Assembly: GCA_013239625.1 (NCBI GenBank)
Contig: MU054212.1
Location: forward strand, 6,608,270-6,672,269
Length of the DNA: 64,000 nucleotides
Direction of reading: 5' to 3'
From: Lama guanicoe
Taxonomy: Eukaryota
Shown piece after piece: positions 39,870 to 51,976 of the stretch; the stretch's first letter is position 1, and each line of letters starts with the position of its first letter. Made by a program: the position numbers and the translations under genes. The notes beneath the pieces were generated by a model, which made no database searches, had not been told where the DNA came from, and was given only the letters and a program-made list of their open reading frames with translations.

Positions 39870-40265
39870 CAGAGGCACCTGAAGGCACATAAGGCAGGGA
39901 AGTGAAACCGACTGTAATTCTTCAGTTCACTTCTCTGCAGCCTCCAGTGAGCCGGTCTCCATACGGTGGCCCAGCTGAGCTCGGAGGAAGCTCGGGTCTC
40001 TGCCCAGGTGCGACTCACCAACCCGCTCGCGGGCGCTCTGGGAGCACAGAGCCAGCCTCGCAAGCCAGAGGCTCTGCCAACAGCAGAAAAGGAAGCCCTG
40101 CGTTGAATGTATGAGATTAAAAAGAAGGTGGGGGGAGCTCTCCTCTCTGAAAGGAAGAAATGGAAGACTCTTACACCTAAAAAGGCCATCATTTCCCCTT
40201 TGAGCAATTACATGTAAATTACTGAGAGCATCAGAAATTCTGATTTTCCCACTTCCCTTTGACGC
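39870..40265. promoter_or_regulatory. Candidate intronic enhancer (ETS-IRF composite, E-boxes, PU.1-type site)
   Basis: GGAAGTGAAAC at 39898-39908, CACCTG, CAGCTG and CAGGTG E-boxes, CACTTCCCTTT at 40250-40260, GC/CpG-rich core. Confidence 0.4.
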
Positions 40266-40699
40266 CCTTGTGTTCACCTTGGGGTCCCTTCGACTTCACT
40301 CTTACGTCCTTAGAAGTCTATTTCTGGGCCATCAGGGAAATCATAAATATGGTCCAGAGTTTTCCTGATGGGCAAAAATGTACACAGGTCAATTCTGCTT
40401 AGTGTATCTTCTAAAATTAAAATTAATTTAAAATAGCACTTTCGCTTTGGAGTTTTTTTCATGTTCTCAGTTGATCCTTACCAAAACCCCAGGAAGTTGA
40501 ACATAATTATAACCCATTTTACTGATGTGAGCCTCAGCCAAAGGGGAGTTAAGATACACACCCAGGCTTATGATTTCAAAGGTGGCAGTGTTTCCAATAT
40601 AGTATCGGTCATTTACTCAGTGCAAGTATAAAAACATGCTGATTTTTCCATCTGGAATTCATCCATGTAGTGGTTGATCCTTAGCAGGGTCCAGGACTT

Positions 40700-41130
40700 C
40701 CTTATGATTTGAACGACCCTTCCTGCATGAACTCTAGCCACACACACCTTTCAGCTCCAGAAGGTACCAAACTCCTTGCTGTCTAGTGATAATGCACCTG
40801 CTCCTCCCTCGGCTTGTGCCTCCCCCAACTGCAGACCCTGCCTTCCCCGACCCCTTACTCTGGATACCTCATGTCTCAAGATTCATCTTAAACCTCCTCG
40901 GTAGAGAAACAATTCTCTGGTTACCCCGACAAGGTTACTGCCCTGTGTTATACCGTCTCCCAGCAAATGACACTCTTCTAATCTCCTCTAGTATTACCAG
41001 TGTGATTCATTTGTGTAACTATTTACTCTTTTTCCTTATACTGTAAACTGCATAAAGTCATGAATGCACCTTATTCAACTCTGTATCTCAGAACGGAGCA
41101 CAGAGGTTGGTGTGTTCTCCGTTACACACA
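40700..41130 (+). mobile_element. L2 fragment
   Basis: CTCTAGCCACAC...CTGTAAACTGCATAAAGTCATG...CTGTATCTCAGAAC...GCACAGAG. Confidence 0.6.
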
Positions 41131-42245
41131 TTCAACACAAATTCGGGGCTATTCCACAGCAGAACTTCTGTTAGTGGTAAACTTGACACATCACCCCAGA
41201 TTCCCACTGTGGGTGTGGCACAGTCATGGGCATGGGCTTAGCAAAGCTGCCCCAGGTGGTGACGGTCCCCTTATTTCTCAAGTCTGCTACCAGCTCCAGT
41301 TATGCTGGAAATGAAGATTTTCGAAGAATGCAGTTAATTTTCCTCTCCTCCTGTTGGTATAACAGGCTGTGCTCTTTGAACTCTGACGCTTCTGAAACTA
41401 GTGCATCATGTAACGCAAGAACAAAGAGTTATTTATGAACCATCTTAACTCAGATTATAAATATATAATTTTTGGACTGAATCAAATTATAGGAGTGACG
41501 GTTCCATGATTGACCATTTTTTCTTGTTGAAACATTTTTTTTCTTTTGAGGAACGAGGTTTTTTTCCCTTTTTATAGTGGAACTCTGTCTATAACTCTGA
41601 AAATTATATGTTCACCATGTAGAGATTTGAATGCTTCTTCATCTGTGCTTATTTAGTCCAACAAATATTGAACATCTACTCTCCAAGCTCCAGAATTTTC
41701 TTGCCCAACCGCCACTATTGCTTGTTCTCTTTTTTTCATTTTCAGATGATTTATTCCTTAATAATGTCTTTGATTCCCATATTTCCTTGTTTTTTTTACT
41801 GTTGATTCTTACTGTTTTCTTTTACTTCCCTATGATTTATTTTCTCTCTTCCTATCACGAATATTTGTTATTTTCATTTTCCAACTACTGTAGGGTTTTT
41901 CTAGTACCCTTCTGCTTTACTTCTAATGTTGCAAATAGTTCTAGCCTGATTGTCATAAATATTATTTGTGAATAAATAAGCCCTTTTGGTATTTACAGTA
42001 AAATAAACATATTCACTATATGTCACAACTGAGAGTCCTTCCCTGGTTAACGCACTCTTCTGCCCATATCGTGATAATGTTTGTTTTGTTTTTTTAAGAG
42101 AAATCATTATTACTAATTCAAGCATTATGAATTATCTTGGATGTTAATGGAGGGGACATAACAATGAATATATTGTCTGAAATTCTAAATGAATGATAGA
42201 AGGCATAAACATTACAGCATAGCAATTGTTAAAATGACTTTCTTA

Positions 42246-42368
42246 ATGAATACACGTATGTATATGCATGACTGGGACATTGTGCTGTACACCAGAAACC
42301 GACACATTGTAACTGGTGGTATTTCAATGAAAATTATATCTTTTTTTTACTTTTTAAAAATTAAAAAA
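42246..42368 (+). mobile_element. Short L1 3' end fragment
   Basis: GTATATGCATGACTGGGACATTGTGCTGTACACCAGAAACCGACACATTGTAACTG. Probable TSD AAAAT(G/A)A(C/T)TTTCTTA at 42231-42245 and 42369-42383. Confidence 0.75.
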
Positions 42369-44020
42369 AAAATAATTTTCTTACAACAAAATATAAACAG
42401 AATAAACTTCCAATGAGAGTAATCTTATTTTATGTTATTTAAAACATATGGGCATTTTAATAAAGCTGGCTTCTACCTGTTGTATTTATCACCTGTAAGT
42501 TTCACCAACGTGAATAGCTTTTCATTGTCTTCAAGGAACAAAGCCGACAGCACTAGAGTCCTCCAGTGCACAGAAATCTAGGGGGAAAAACTCTTGGTTC
42601 AAATTCAAGCTCCAAGGCTTTGTTTTGTTTTTTTTTTTTAATTCTCACAATTATTTTTCACAGTTAAACTGAAAGTTCTTATTTTTAGTGATTTATTTAA
42701 AATATACTGGCTCAACCTGTTTTTAGGAAGTCAGCATCATAGTGATAAATCTCAGCAATCTCATTATTTATTTAGAACCTTGATTTCAGAACTAACAATT
42801 GAGTATGGTAGACCAGGAGGAAAGAATCTGCGCTTTCTACCGTAGCCCTCTCATTCTTCTTCATTGGTTGGGTGGTTTGGAAGAAGCATTAGAGAGTTGA
42901 AAGTTTTAATCACTACTCTGCTGTGGTGAAACAAAGATAGGGGAGGTGTCAATGAGAGTGTGCTTTTGGTAGAAGCCATATTTACAATACGCACGCATAA
43001 TGAGAGTATTCTTCAGAGGGTGACAACTAGCTCCCAACTCAACACTATTCAGATAATTGGACAAATTACTTATTTTCTCTGAGTCTCAACTTTCTGATAT
43101 TTAAGAAGATTGAAAGGACTAGAACGAATGTAAGTAATATGTCAAGTTCATTCACGGTGGGTGCTCAATTAGTGATGGCTGCTACTATTATTGGCAAACA
43201 GCAGTTATGTGTGTATGTGTATGTGTGTGTGTGTAATTATCTCTAAAATTACCTCCATTTTTATCTCCCACTGGCTTTGTCAATTCACATTAAACTGAAC
43301 CAAATCCTAAGCGTCCACCACAATTACATTTAAGACCAATACCAATTCACATTGAGCTCATGTCTTTGGATCAAGGCCAGATACTTGATTTAGATGGGGA
43401 GAAAGACCCATAAGCCAGACCTGTGGGCAGCATGACTGCTCCTCCAGAGGGTACCCACCTTGGAGAAGGCAGGGAGGGTCTATGGACATACTCAGTCCCG
43501 CTGATTCATGTAAAAATCAGGAGACCAGACAGCACATGCCCTTTGATCACAGCAGATGGAGTTACAGGTTGACATTTAGAAAGATAATTGTTCACATGTT
43601 CATTTATATGCCTAGATTAGTTTATCTGATATGTGCATGTCAATCTCAGAAAGCAGTGTGTTAAGTGTACCTGGATGCTCTATTTTCTTACCGGAAATCA
43701 TTAAATAGAATATACATGGTATTAAAGCCTATCCTGAACGATGACCAATCTATGTGAATTGGTTCTATATTCAGTATGTTTGAAAAAAATGAGCAACTCA
43801 TTCATTGTTTTAATTAGTCACTATTTACCTTATTGGGATCACGATTTGATTTCTTATGTCTTAGTATGGAAAGCTGAAATTTTAACTTGGCATGGTAGAA
43901 TCATTTAGATTTGAATTCTTTCCAAACAGAAGCATGAAGACCAGTGGGATTTCTTTCCACTAGAATAAGGGCAAAATTTTGTGTCCGTTTTGTTCACTGA
44001 TTTATCCCAAGTGCTTAAAA

Positions 44021-44366
44021 TGAGTTTTGGCAAACTATGACTCACAGAACAAACTCAGCCTGCCTCTTGTTTTCATACAGCCCCCACACACAGAATGGCT
44101 TTTACATTTTGAAATGTTCAAAGAGAATCAAAAGAGGAAGACTATTTCATAACATGTGAAAATTCTATGAACTTTCAGTGTTTACAAATGAAGTTTTATT
44201 GAACACAACCATGCTCATCCATTTACATATTGTCGATGGCTCTTTCTGTGTTACCAAGGAAGCATGCAGTAGTTGTAAAAGAGACACAGTGTGACTCCAA
44301 AGCTAAATACAATTTCTATTTGACCTTTTTCAGAAAAAAAAAAAAAAGAAAAAAAGCTGACCTCTG
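44021..44366. mobile_element. hAT-Charlie MITE (MER58B-like)
   Basis: TTGGCAAACTATG...GAATGGCTTTTACATTTT...AAGTTTTATTGAACACAACCATGCTCAT...GCTGACCTCTG. Confidence 0.8.
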
Positions 44367-44519
44367 GTCCAGAATAATATCACTCCTTAACTTCTTCTAA
44401 AGTTGGATACATTGAAATTTAACCCTCACAAATTTCTTTCCAAAGGGAAATCTTAAGTCTACATGTAGCTCTAAGGTCAGTCACCAGGTTATATGCTAGA
44501 GTAGAGGCTCACAGTAAGA

Positions 44520-44760
44520 AGCAGAACACCGTGGATGAGAACACAGACTCAAGAGACACACTGCTTGGGCTCAGACTTTGGTTCTACCACTTAGCAGCTG
44601 TGCAATCATGGGCAAAATGCTTAACTTCTCTGTGCATCAGTTTTCCCATAAAATGAAGCAAATGATAGTACCCACCCCTTAGGGCTGTTATGAGCATTAA
44701 ATAAGTTAATGTTTGTAAAATGCTTAGAGTATCACCTGATATGAAGTAACTATTGTAAAT
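44520..44760 (+). mobile_element. MIR SINE
   Basis: TCTACCACTTAGCAGCTGTG...CTTAACTTCTCTGTGCATCAGTTTTCC...GGCTGTTATGAGCATTAAAT. Confidence 0.8.
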
Positions 44761-47700
44761 AAAGTAACATTTTTTTCACTGTATTTTTAAGTTAAGAAAA
44801 CTAAGATACTTCGAAATTAGCTGAGGTAATGAGTGTGCCTCAATGTGTTCATAATTATGGAAAAAATTACAAGCATGGGTTATAATTTGAACATGTCCAC
44901 TATTGTCAGTAAGTTCTCTAAGCTAATGCAATGCACTAAGGTTTACTCTAACTGGCTTCTGATTGTAGGATGTAACTACTTGGCTCCCATACTTGTGACA
45001 TAATTTTGTAATCAATGGTCCTGTTTCAGATAATAAACAAATTGTATTCTGAATGGTTGAGTGACTTCGGATACGAAATCTAACTACATAACAACTTCTT
45101 ATCTGAGGGTATCAAATTGATATAAAGGGAAGTTACAATTTAGAGGATGCATGGATTTGAGATTAGTTTGCTTTGCTAAGGTTGTTATTCAGGTCTTAGG
45201 AAGAAAACCACAGAAAATATTGTCCTACATTGAAAGAAACACTTTCTAAGCACCAAAACCAGGAATTAAAACTATGCCTTAAGGAAATCTAATGGCGTTT
45301 TAAGCACTGCAAGTCATTTCAGCAAATAGATAATTAGTATTCCTGATGTTTGAATAGATTTTTACATTAATTTATGTGAAATCTTTAAATAGACTATTTT
45401 GCAGAAAGGGAAATCTTTGTAAGGTAGTCCTCTATCTTCTGTAAAATATAATCTCTTGAAAACTATACACTTCAATATAGGACTGTATATGGGACTATAA
45501 TGGCTGGTGATTAAATGTTTAAAAAATATAATTATTTTTACGAATGCTTTTCTATTACAGGTGTCTTCCTGGAGGAGCCTCAATAGACTATTGTTATGTG
45601 AAAAAAGAAGGTAGATTGAAGAACATATTCGTAAAATGTAAGCCTGAGACTTTCTTCTTTTGAATCTTAGTTCCTTCAGCTTTCAATGAACATTTATTTA
45701 ACTGTTAGATTGTGGGAGATGCAGTGAAAAAGTAAAAGAGAAGTTAGGTAATGAAGTCCAATTTGATTTATTTGGGACAGTTACTAAATTATGTAAAAAA
45801 TTATTTTAATACAAATAAAAAAACTTTTTTGGGTTACTTAAGCTAAACTTGACTGTAAGTCTTCTGATATTTACTTTTAACACACTAAATGTTGCACGTC
45901 GTGTCACTTTATTAAATTTTATTTTTGTGCTTTAGAAGCCTTTAATAATGACTCTCCCAGAAGCTTTTTCGAAAACTTATTTCTTAAGCGTCCCATTTCT
46001 TGCAATAAAATAAAATGAAAATAATTAAGGAGTAAGACTTCAAATATTTTAATTTTTGTCCAAGTCCTGTTATCTTCACTTAGTTATGTATATATTTGAA
46101 TATAAGATAATAAGTCTCTTATTTTTTAAAATCCTTAATGCTTAGTTTGCTAAAATAAAATATGAATCTAAGCATAAACGGCATAGTCAGAAAAATTAAA
46201 CAACCAGGGCAAGAATTAAATTAATTTGAGTATTTACAAAGTATGCTTGGCTTGCTTTATTTTTCTAGAATTAATAAAAATTCAAAATTACTTAATTTGA
46301 AAAAACATGCTTAAAATATTGTTATTATATAAATAGCCCTATATTTCTATAGCTAACATACTCTTAAATAAATAAATTCCCTTTGAAGTTATCCTATTTG
46401 CTTATATTTTGAACTTATTCCAAGAGACTGGCCAATTTTAATTTTCCAACTCCTTCTCTGAATTTGAGGGACTCTTTCATATATAGACTTTAGAAACTAC
46501 AGGTGGATAAAAAGTAATAAATGCAATGCTCTTCCATTCAATTGTCTTCAATAAAAGTGGTGCGATTTCAAAAACAATTGTTGTTAACACATTTATCCCT
46601 CTGTTAAACTACATGTGAGGCTGAGAGAACATTTTTATAGCACGCTGATGCTATAATAAATGGGCCGATATAATACAACTGGTTGCAACTTACAGCATTT
46701 TTGTCTGCACTAAAGTTAAGATCTGGATGGTTATTCTTGCATTCTTTCTGTGAATTAAAATTGGAAGGATGTAATTAGTCCCTAAAATTAAAATGCTACT
46801 GTTACCAACAATAGAGCGAAATCTAAATTAAATTACTTTGAGATCAACAACAGGTTCACACACACTATTTTCTGCATCTTCCGCTTTTGAAGGAAAATAA
46901 CAGTTTTCTTCCTACCGCAGAAGTATCAGATTCTTGCAGCATCCATGACACTTGTAAGCATTCAGTGGTCAGACAGCACTACATATCCTTCAAATGATAT
47001 GGCCCAGTGAAGCTGGAAGGTGTCGTCACGGAGCCAGGCAGCCTGGTATCTCAGCCAGCCACCAGGACAGAGCCAGCAGGCCCCAGCTGGTGTGCTGAAT
47101 CCAGATGGATGTGGGAAAATGGATTTTGCATTTTGAAAGTCTTCTAACTCTGAAGCCTAGGACATACTTCTTAGATAAAAGTGCACTGAGGGCTTCAGAA
47201 ATTATTTACTGGGTCAAATTTATAATACTCATTCCTCCAAATTACTCTTAGAACAAGTTAAATTTTAGCTTTATTACCCTTTTAGGTTTCTGAATTTATA
47301 CTAGATTGTATAAATGTTTTAAAAATATGAATAAATGTATGCTTAGGACTATAACTGAATATGTATGATATATGCTAGATGAAGTATACTTGGAAGTCAC
47401 TTAAAAGTTATAAAAGTTAAAGTAATAGAATATTAATCACCAATGCCCACTGAGGTGGTGACTTTGCCCACTAAGTCACACTAATCACACTAAGCTTAGC
47501 ATTTTGATCTTTAGACAAATGGAAAAGTCCTACAAAATGAAACTACAATCCACGTTCTTGTTGTCACTTGGACGCCTGTGTTCACTATGCAAGCACACGA
47601 GTTTGGATTCTTGCTTGTGATGGTGTCTTACTGGCATCTTCTAATACCACAATTCATTCATTTGCTTCTCACAAATATTAGACAAATCAGCTTACAAGAT

Positions 47701-49044
47701 TTCTAAGTTCAAGATTTCCCATGCCTCCCATAGGCCTCACCTGAACCCCATTGCTCCCTAAACAACTGTAGAGGATAGGTTCCAATTTCTTAAAACTTCA
47801 GTTACCTACGTCTGGTAGAAACATCAGGATGGAGAAAAATAAACATTTAATTCCAGGAGGCTGCAGAAAGTGGACCCCAGTTTCTAGACGTCCTTCTGAA
47901 TGGGAAAAGGCCCTGATGGATTTTTAAACCATGTTCTTTCTAACAAAACACTTAGGTGGATGAGACTGGGGTAGCCTGGCATCTGCACTTATGATGATGC
48001 TTTATCATGGGAAACTGGGATGATACCTCTGCTCTTGTCTAAAAAGAGAAAGCAACCCTCTGCCAGGGCTCATTAAGAAAGGTTTTAAAATTGGAGCCAA
48101 CAAAACACTATTGTCAGTTCCTACAGTCTTGTAAAAAGAATCTCAGCAGCATTTTAAAAAGGCATTGTTTCTCTCTCCCCTTTGACATGAAATCCTACTT
48201 TCAATACACACCCAAGACACGTTCCAAATAGTAACAACAACAAGAAGTCTCCAACTTCTTTGTGACCTCAGAGCAGGCACACAGAACTAACTGGAGCTCA
48301 CCGACTCCCCTCCTCTCAGTTTTCAACTGCTCCCTTTGAGATGGGAGCTACTTGGCAGGATTCACTCCGAAACCCTGAAACCTCTCGCTCTGCTCCCCTT
48401 TATAAGTGAAAAGGAAAGGCCTTGCTTTTCACGAGATAGAAAAGTTAGCCTGGGTCTGGGATGCCAGAATTCCCAATAGCGACCCGAACAGACAAAGCCC
48501 TTCAGAGCTCTAGCCTCCAAAGGGAGCAAACCCCAGTCGCTGCAAAGCAAAAAATAACTTGAGTGTCAGACAGAAAGAAGGAAAGCTTTCCTCCTCGAGC
48601 GTTTCCAGGCACTTCTGCTTGCCCAAGGCAGGAAAGAGGTGGAGTAGGGTGGGGACTTCTCATCACAGAATCCTTTTCCTTAAGCAAGCTCATTTGGAGA
48701 TGCAGAGGGGAGACCGGATGGAAAGGGTTCCAAAGCTGCACTTCTAACTGCCTGGCCTTTGGCCCCACCTGCTTGTCAGTTCGGTCCAGGAGTCCCACGT
48801 TTCCCGCTCTAGGGATACTGACAACGTAGGCTTCCTAGCGCTCAGAGATGCTGTGGGGCCAGTTTCCTGTTGACCTTTTCGGGACTGAAATCAACTTTCC
48901 CCACACAGTCCGAATTGTTTGTTTTCGTTTGTTTTCAGCCTGTGGGAGCCTCCCGCCTAGCCCACCTCTCTCCTCCTCTCCCCTGCCCCCTCCCCTCCCT
49001 CCGGCCTCTGGGGCTCCCCCCACCTCCTCTTTGTTGTCTCCTAC

Positions 49045-49994
49045 CTGCTGGCCAGGCTCTGCCTGCAGTGCTGCCTGAAGGGCATCAGGTGGTAGTTCAT
49101 GGCGTCCAGCAGCAGCTTCTGGCAGACCGGGTCGGTGCGCATGAAATCCACGGACTGGACCCGCTCCACCAGCTCGGGGGCCGGGATGAGCGCGAAGCGG
49201 AGGCGCTTCATGAGGTCGGGCGCGTACTGCATGCGGGTCTCGCGGTCGTGCTCCAGCCACAGCACGGACATCTGGAAGAGCGCCAGCTCCGACTCCACGG
49301 GGGGTGGCAGCGAGTCCAGCAGGGCGCGCATCTCCTCGAAGTTGAGCAGCAGCACATCCTCCACCAGGTACTTGTTGGCCAGCTTCTTGGTCTCCTCCAG
49401 GCCGTGCAGCGCGGCGATCTTGCACACCTGCTTGTAGTTCTGCACCGAGATCTGGTCGTTGAGGAACTGCACGCAGAGCTTGGTGACCTGGGGGATGTGC
49501 AAGATCTTGCTGACCGACAGCACCTCCTCCACCGTGTCCAGGGACAGGGTCACGTTGGCCGTGTAGAGGTACTCGAGCACCAGGCGCAGCCCGATGGACG
49601 AGCAGCCCTGCAGCACCAGGTTGTTGATGGCCCGGGGACTGGTCAGCAGCTTGTCGTCGGGGGAGGAGGAAGGAGTGCCGGGCTCCTCCTGCGGCGGCGG
49701 CGGCTGCTGTTGTGGGGGCTGCTGCTGCGGCGGCTGCTGCTGCTGGTCCTTGGGGGCCCCCAGGCCGTCCTGGCCGCCGACCCCTCCCCCGAGAGGGGGG
49801 TGGCTGGAGAAGAGCGATCGGAAGTACTGCGAGCAGGAGGCCAGCACGGCCTTGTGGCAGTGGAACTGCTGGCCCTGGGCCGTCAGGGTCACGTCGCAAA
49901 ACAGCTGCTTCCTCCACAGCAGGTTGAGGCCGTGCAGCAGGTTGTCGCTGTGGCTGGGGTCGAAGGTGGAGGTCCTGTCCCCGGATCTGGACAT
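49045..49994 (-). CDS. KLHL14: KLHL14 first coding exon (950 coding nt, phase 2): BTB/POZ domain with a Q/P-rich insert, and BACK domain
   Basis: The translation MSRSGDRTSTFDPSHSDNLLHGLNLLWRKQLFCDVTL...FHCHKAVLASCSQYFRSLF...QSLASR is recognisable as KLHL14. Start context is GCTCGCCATG and third codon positions are very GC-rich. Donor is CAG|GTAGGA (GT at 49044-49043). The TAG in the ORF track is intronic. Confidence 0.97.
49689..49745 (-). repeat. Coding CAG/CCG compound repeat encoding QQQQPPQQQPPQQQPPPPQ
   Basis: 19 codons, mainly CAG and CCG, inside the BTB insertion loop. Confidence 0.9.
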
Positions 49995-50036
49995 GGCGAG
50001 CTGACTCGGCGCACCTGCTTTAAACCCTCCTCCAAC
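49995..50036 (-). other. KLHL14: 5'UTR part of the first coding exon of KLHL14
   Basis: Pyrimidine-rich acceptor CCCATCCCCCACCCCTGTCTGCCAG|GTTGG (AG at 50038-50037), 42 nt upstream of the ATG. Confidence 0.8.
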
Positions 50037-50066
50037 CTGGCAGACAGGGGTGGGGGATGGGCGGGA

Positions 50067-50419
50067 NNNNNNNNNNNNNNNNNNNNNNNNNNNNNNNNNN
50101 NNNNNNNNNNNNNNNNNNNNNNNNNNNNNNNNNNNNNNNNNNNNNNNNNNNNNNNNNNNNNNNNNNNNNNNNNNNNNNNNNNNNNNNNNNNNNNNNNNNN
50201 NNNNNNNNNNNNNNNNNNNNNNNNNNNNNNNNNNNNNNNNNNNNNNNNNNNNNNNNNNNNNNNNNNNNNNNNNNNNNNNNNNNNNNNNNNNNNNNNNNNN
50301 NNNNNNNNNNNNNNNNNNNNNNNNNNNNNNNNNNNNNNNNNNNNNNNNNNNNNNNNNNNNNNNNNNNNNNNNNNNNNNNNNNNNNNNNNNNNNNNNNNNN
50401 NNNNNNNNNNNNNNNNNNN
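50067..50419. other. Assembly gap (N run)
   Basis: Run of N in intron 1, flanked by G-rich sequence. Confidence 0.99.
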
Positions 50420-51217
50420 AAGAACAATCAGTGCTCAGCTTGGCCTCCGGACCCAGACCCTAGGAGGCAGGTCTCAAGGCGCTGGATCCGAGAGCGCCAC
50501 CAGAAGGGCCCTGCCTGGGGTCCGGGTGCCCGTTCTGCTCCTGCTACTTCTGTCGCCACCGCCCACACACTTCGTCCCTCACTTTCCTAAAACCACCCCG
50601 GCTCGCCTCTTGGCAGCGACAGCGGTGGCAGCAGCGACGGCCAAGTGGCGGCTGAGGCCGAGACACCTCGTGGGCTTGTGTCCATGCCGGGCCGGAGGCA
50701 GAGCAAGGCCAGAGAGTGGGGAGCCGGGGGTGCCCCGAAAGCGCGGAGGCGACCGTCGGCGGAGCTTCCAGGTCTATTTGTGGCAGCAGCTTTGCTTTTC
50801 GCAGTTGGTCCAGTTTTAGGGGGTGGAAAAGGGGGCCTCAGAAGCGTGTGGGCGGGCGATTCCTAGCTCTTCAAAAGCTGGGAACCCTTTCGATTATCCG
50901 TGCTGCCCCGAGAAACTCCTAGGCTAACAGTCTGAGGAAGCAGATAAAGCCCTTTCTTCTCCCGGGAAAGTGCAGCGGAGCGCGGTGAGGACCAGCTCAG
51001 TGGACTCGGCAGAGGCGGGAGCTGTCCTTATCAATTCTAGCTCATTTCCCTCACCCCGGCCCTTCCTGCTTCCCTGCTTCGCAAACTGTTGGCTTCCCCG
51101 TCACCACTCAGTTTTGCTAATTTTCCAGAGACGCCTTTAAACCTGGCAGGAGAATCCCTTCAGTCCCCTCCACCCAGACCCCCCCTCCCCCGACCCCCCC
51201 CCCCCCACTTCAAACCG

Positions 51218-51273
51218 NNNNNNNNNNNNNNNNNNNNNNNNNNNNNNNNNNNNNNNNNNNNNNNNNNNNNNNN
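51218..51273. other. Assembly gap (N run)
   Basis: Run of N between a poly-C-rich and a poly-G stretch. Confidence 0.99.
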
Positions 51274-51934
51274 GGGGGGGGGGAGAAGTAGGGCTACTGG
51301 GGAGGGTTTAGAGCAAGAGCCAGGAGGCCCGGAGGGACTCGTGTGGACGGCTCTCCCTCTCGGGCACCAGGCGCAGTGGCTTTAACTCCAGTAACTATGA
51401 GAAGTTCAAGTTAACTGGCAGGTGTTGGGGGAGGGGGGGCTGACCAGTGGGGAGGGAGGTGCGCAGTTCTGTGCCAGGTCTCTGCACCCCACCCCGCGTC
51501 GCTGCCCGAAGCCCTGGCTTCCTTCAGAGCCTTTGGGCACAGCTCCCTCCCACTCGGGCACCCCCACTCCCTCGGCCCTGGAACTACTTCTGTGAAAAGT
51601 CTGAGCCGCCCGCATCTAGGCAGAGGAGGGCAGGCTGGGGGAGGCGAGGCGAGATCGATACGCCAGGTCCTTAACCTGTAATTGCACCTTCCAGGGCCGA
51701 GCAGAAAGGGACCCTCTGCCCACATCCCGCCCGCGCGCCCGCCGGCCGGGGAGAGCCGCCGCCGCCGCCGCCCGGCTCAGAGGGATCCCGCCGGACCTGC
51801 CCCTTCCACTGCGGCTCACTCTGCCCTGCCTGGCGCCGGTCCTGGATCGCCGGCTTCCTATTTACACCGGACTGGGCTCCTCTCCACTCACTTTATCATC
51901 CCGTTCCAGGTGGACCCTCCTCTCCCTCCTCTCC

Positions 51935-51976
51935 NNNNNNNNNNNNNNNNNNNNNNNNNNNNNNNNNNNNNNNNNN
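51935..51976. other. Assembly gap (N run)
   Basis: Run of N after a CT-rich stretch. Confidence 0.99.

Larger units (their letters stand above)
49040..51900. promoter_or_regulatory. CpG island over KLHL14 exon 2 and intron 1
   Basis: Very high GC and CpG density (e.g. 51720-51850 CCCGCCCGCGCGCCCGCCGGCCGGGGAGAGCCGCCGCCGCCGCC) against a CpG-depleted background. Edges approximate. Confidence 0.88.

Noticed and set aside
48835..49917. 360-aa alternative-frame ORF on the KLHL14 strand
   Set aside because: GTG start. In this frame the first codon positions are KLHL14's G/C third positions, so stops are suppressed automatically. It crosses the splice donor, and after splicing it stops within four codons (GAT TCG CTC TAA).
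49041..49994. Treating the 317-aa ORF as a complete single-exon gene or retrocopy
   Set aside because: The stop is part of a splice donor, an in-phase downstream exon exists at 23161-23282, and an upstream acceptor is present.
50020..50590. ORFs spanning the N gap
   Set aside because: Artefacts of translating Ns.
48870..50819. 649-aa plus-strand ORF
   Set aside because: Antisense shadow of the GC3-rich KLHL14 exon. It starts at TTG, is inflated by the N gap and has no recognisable domain.
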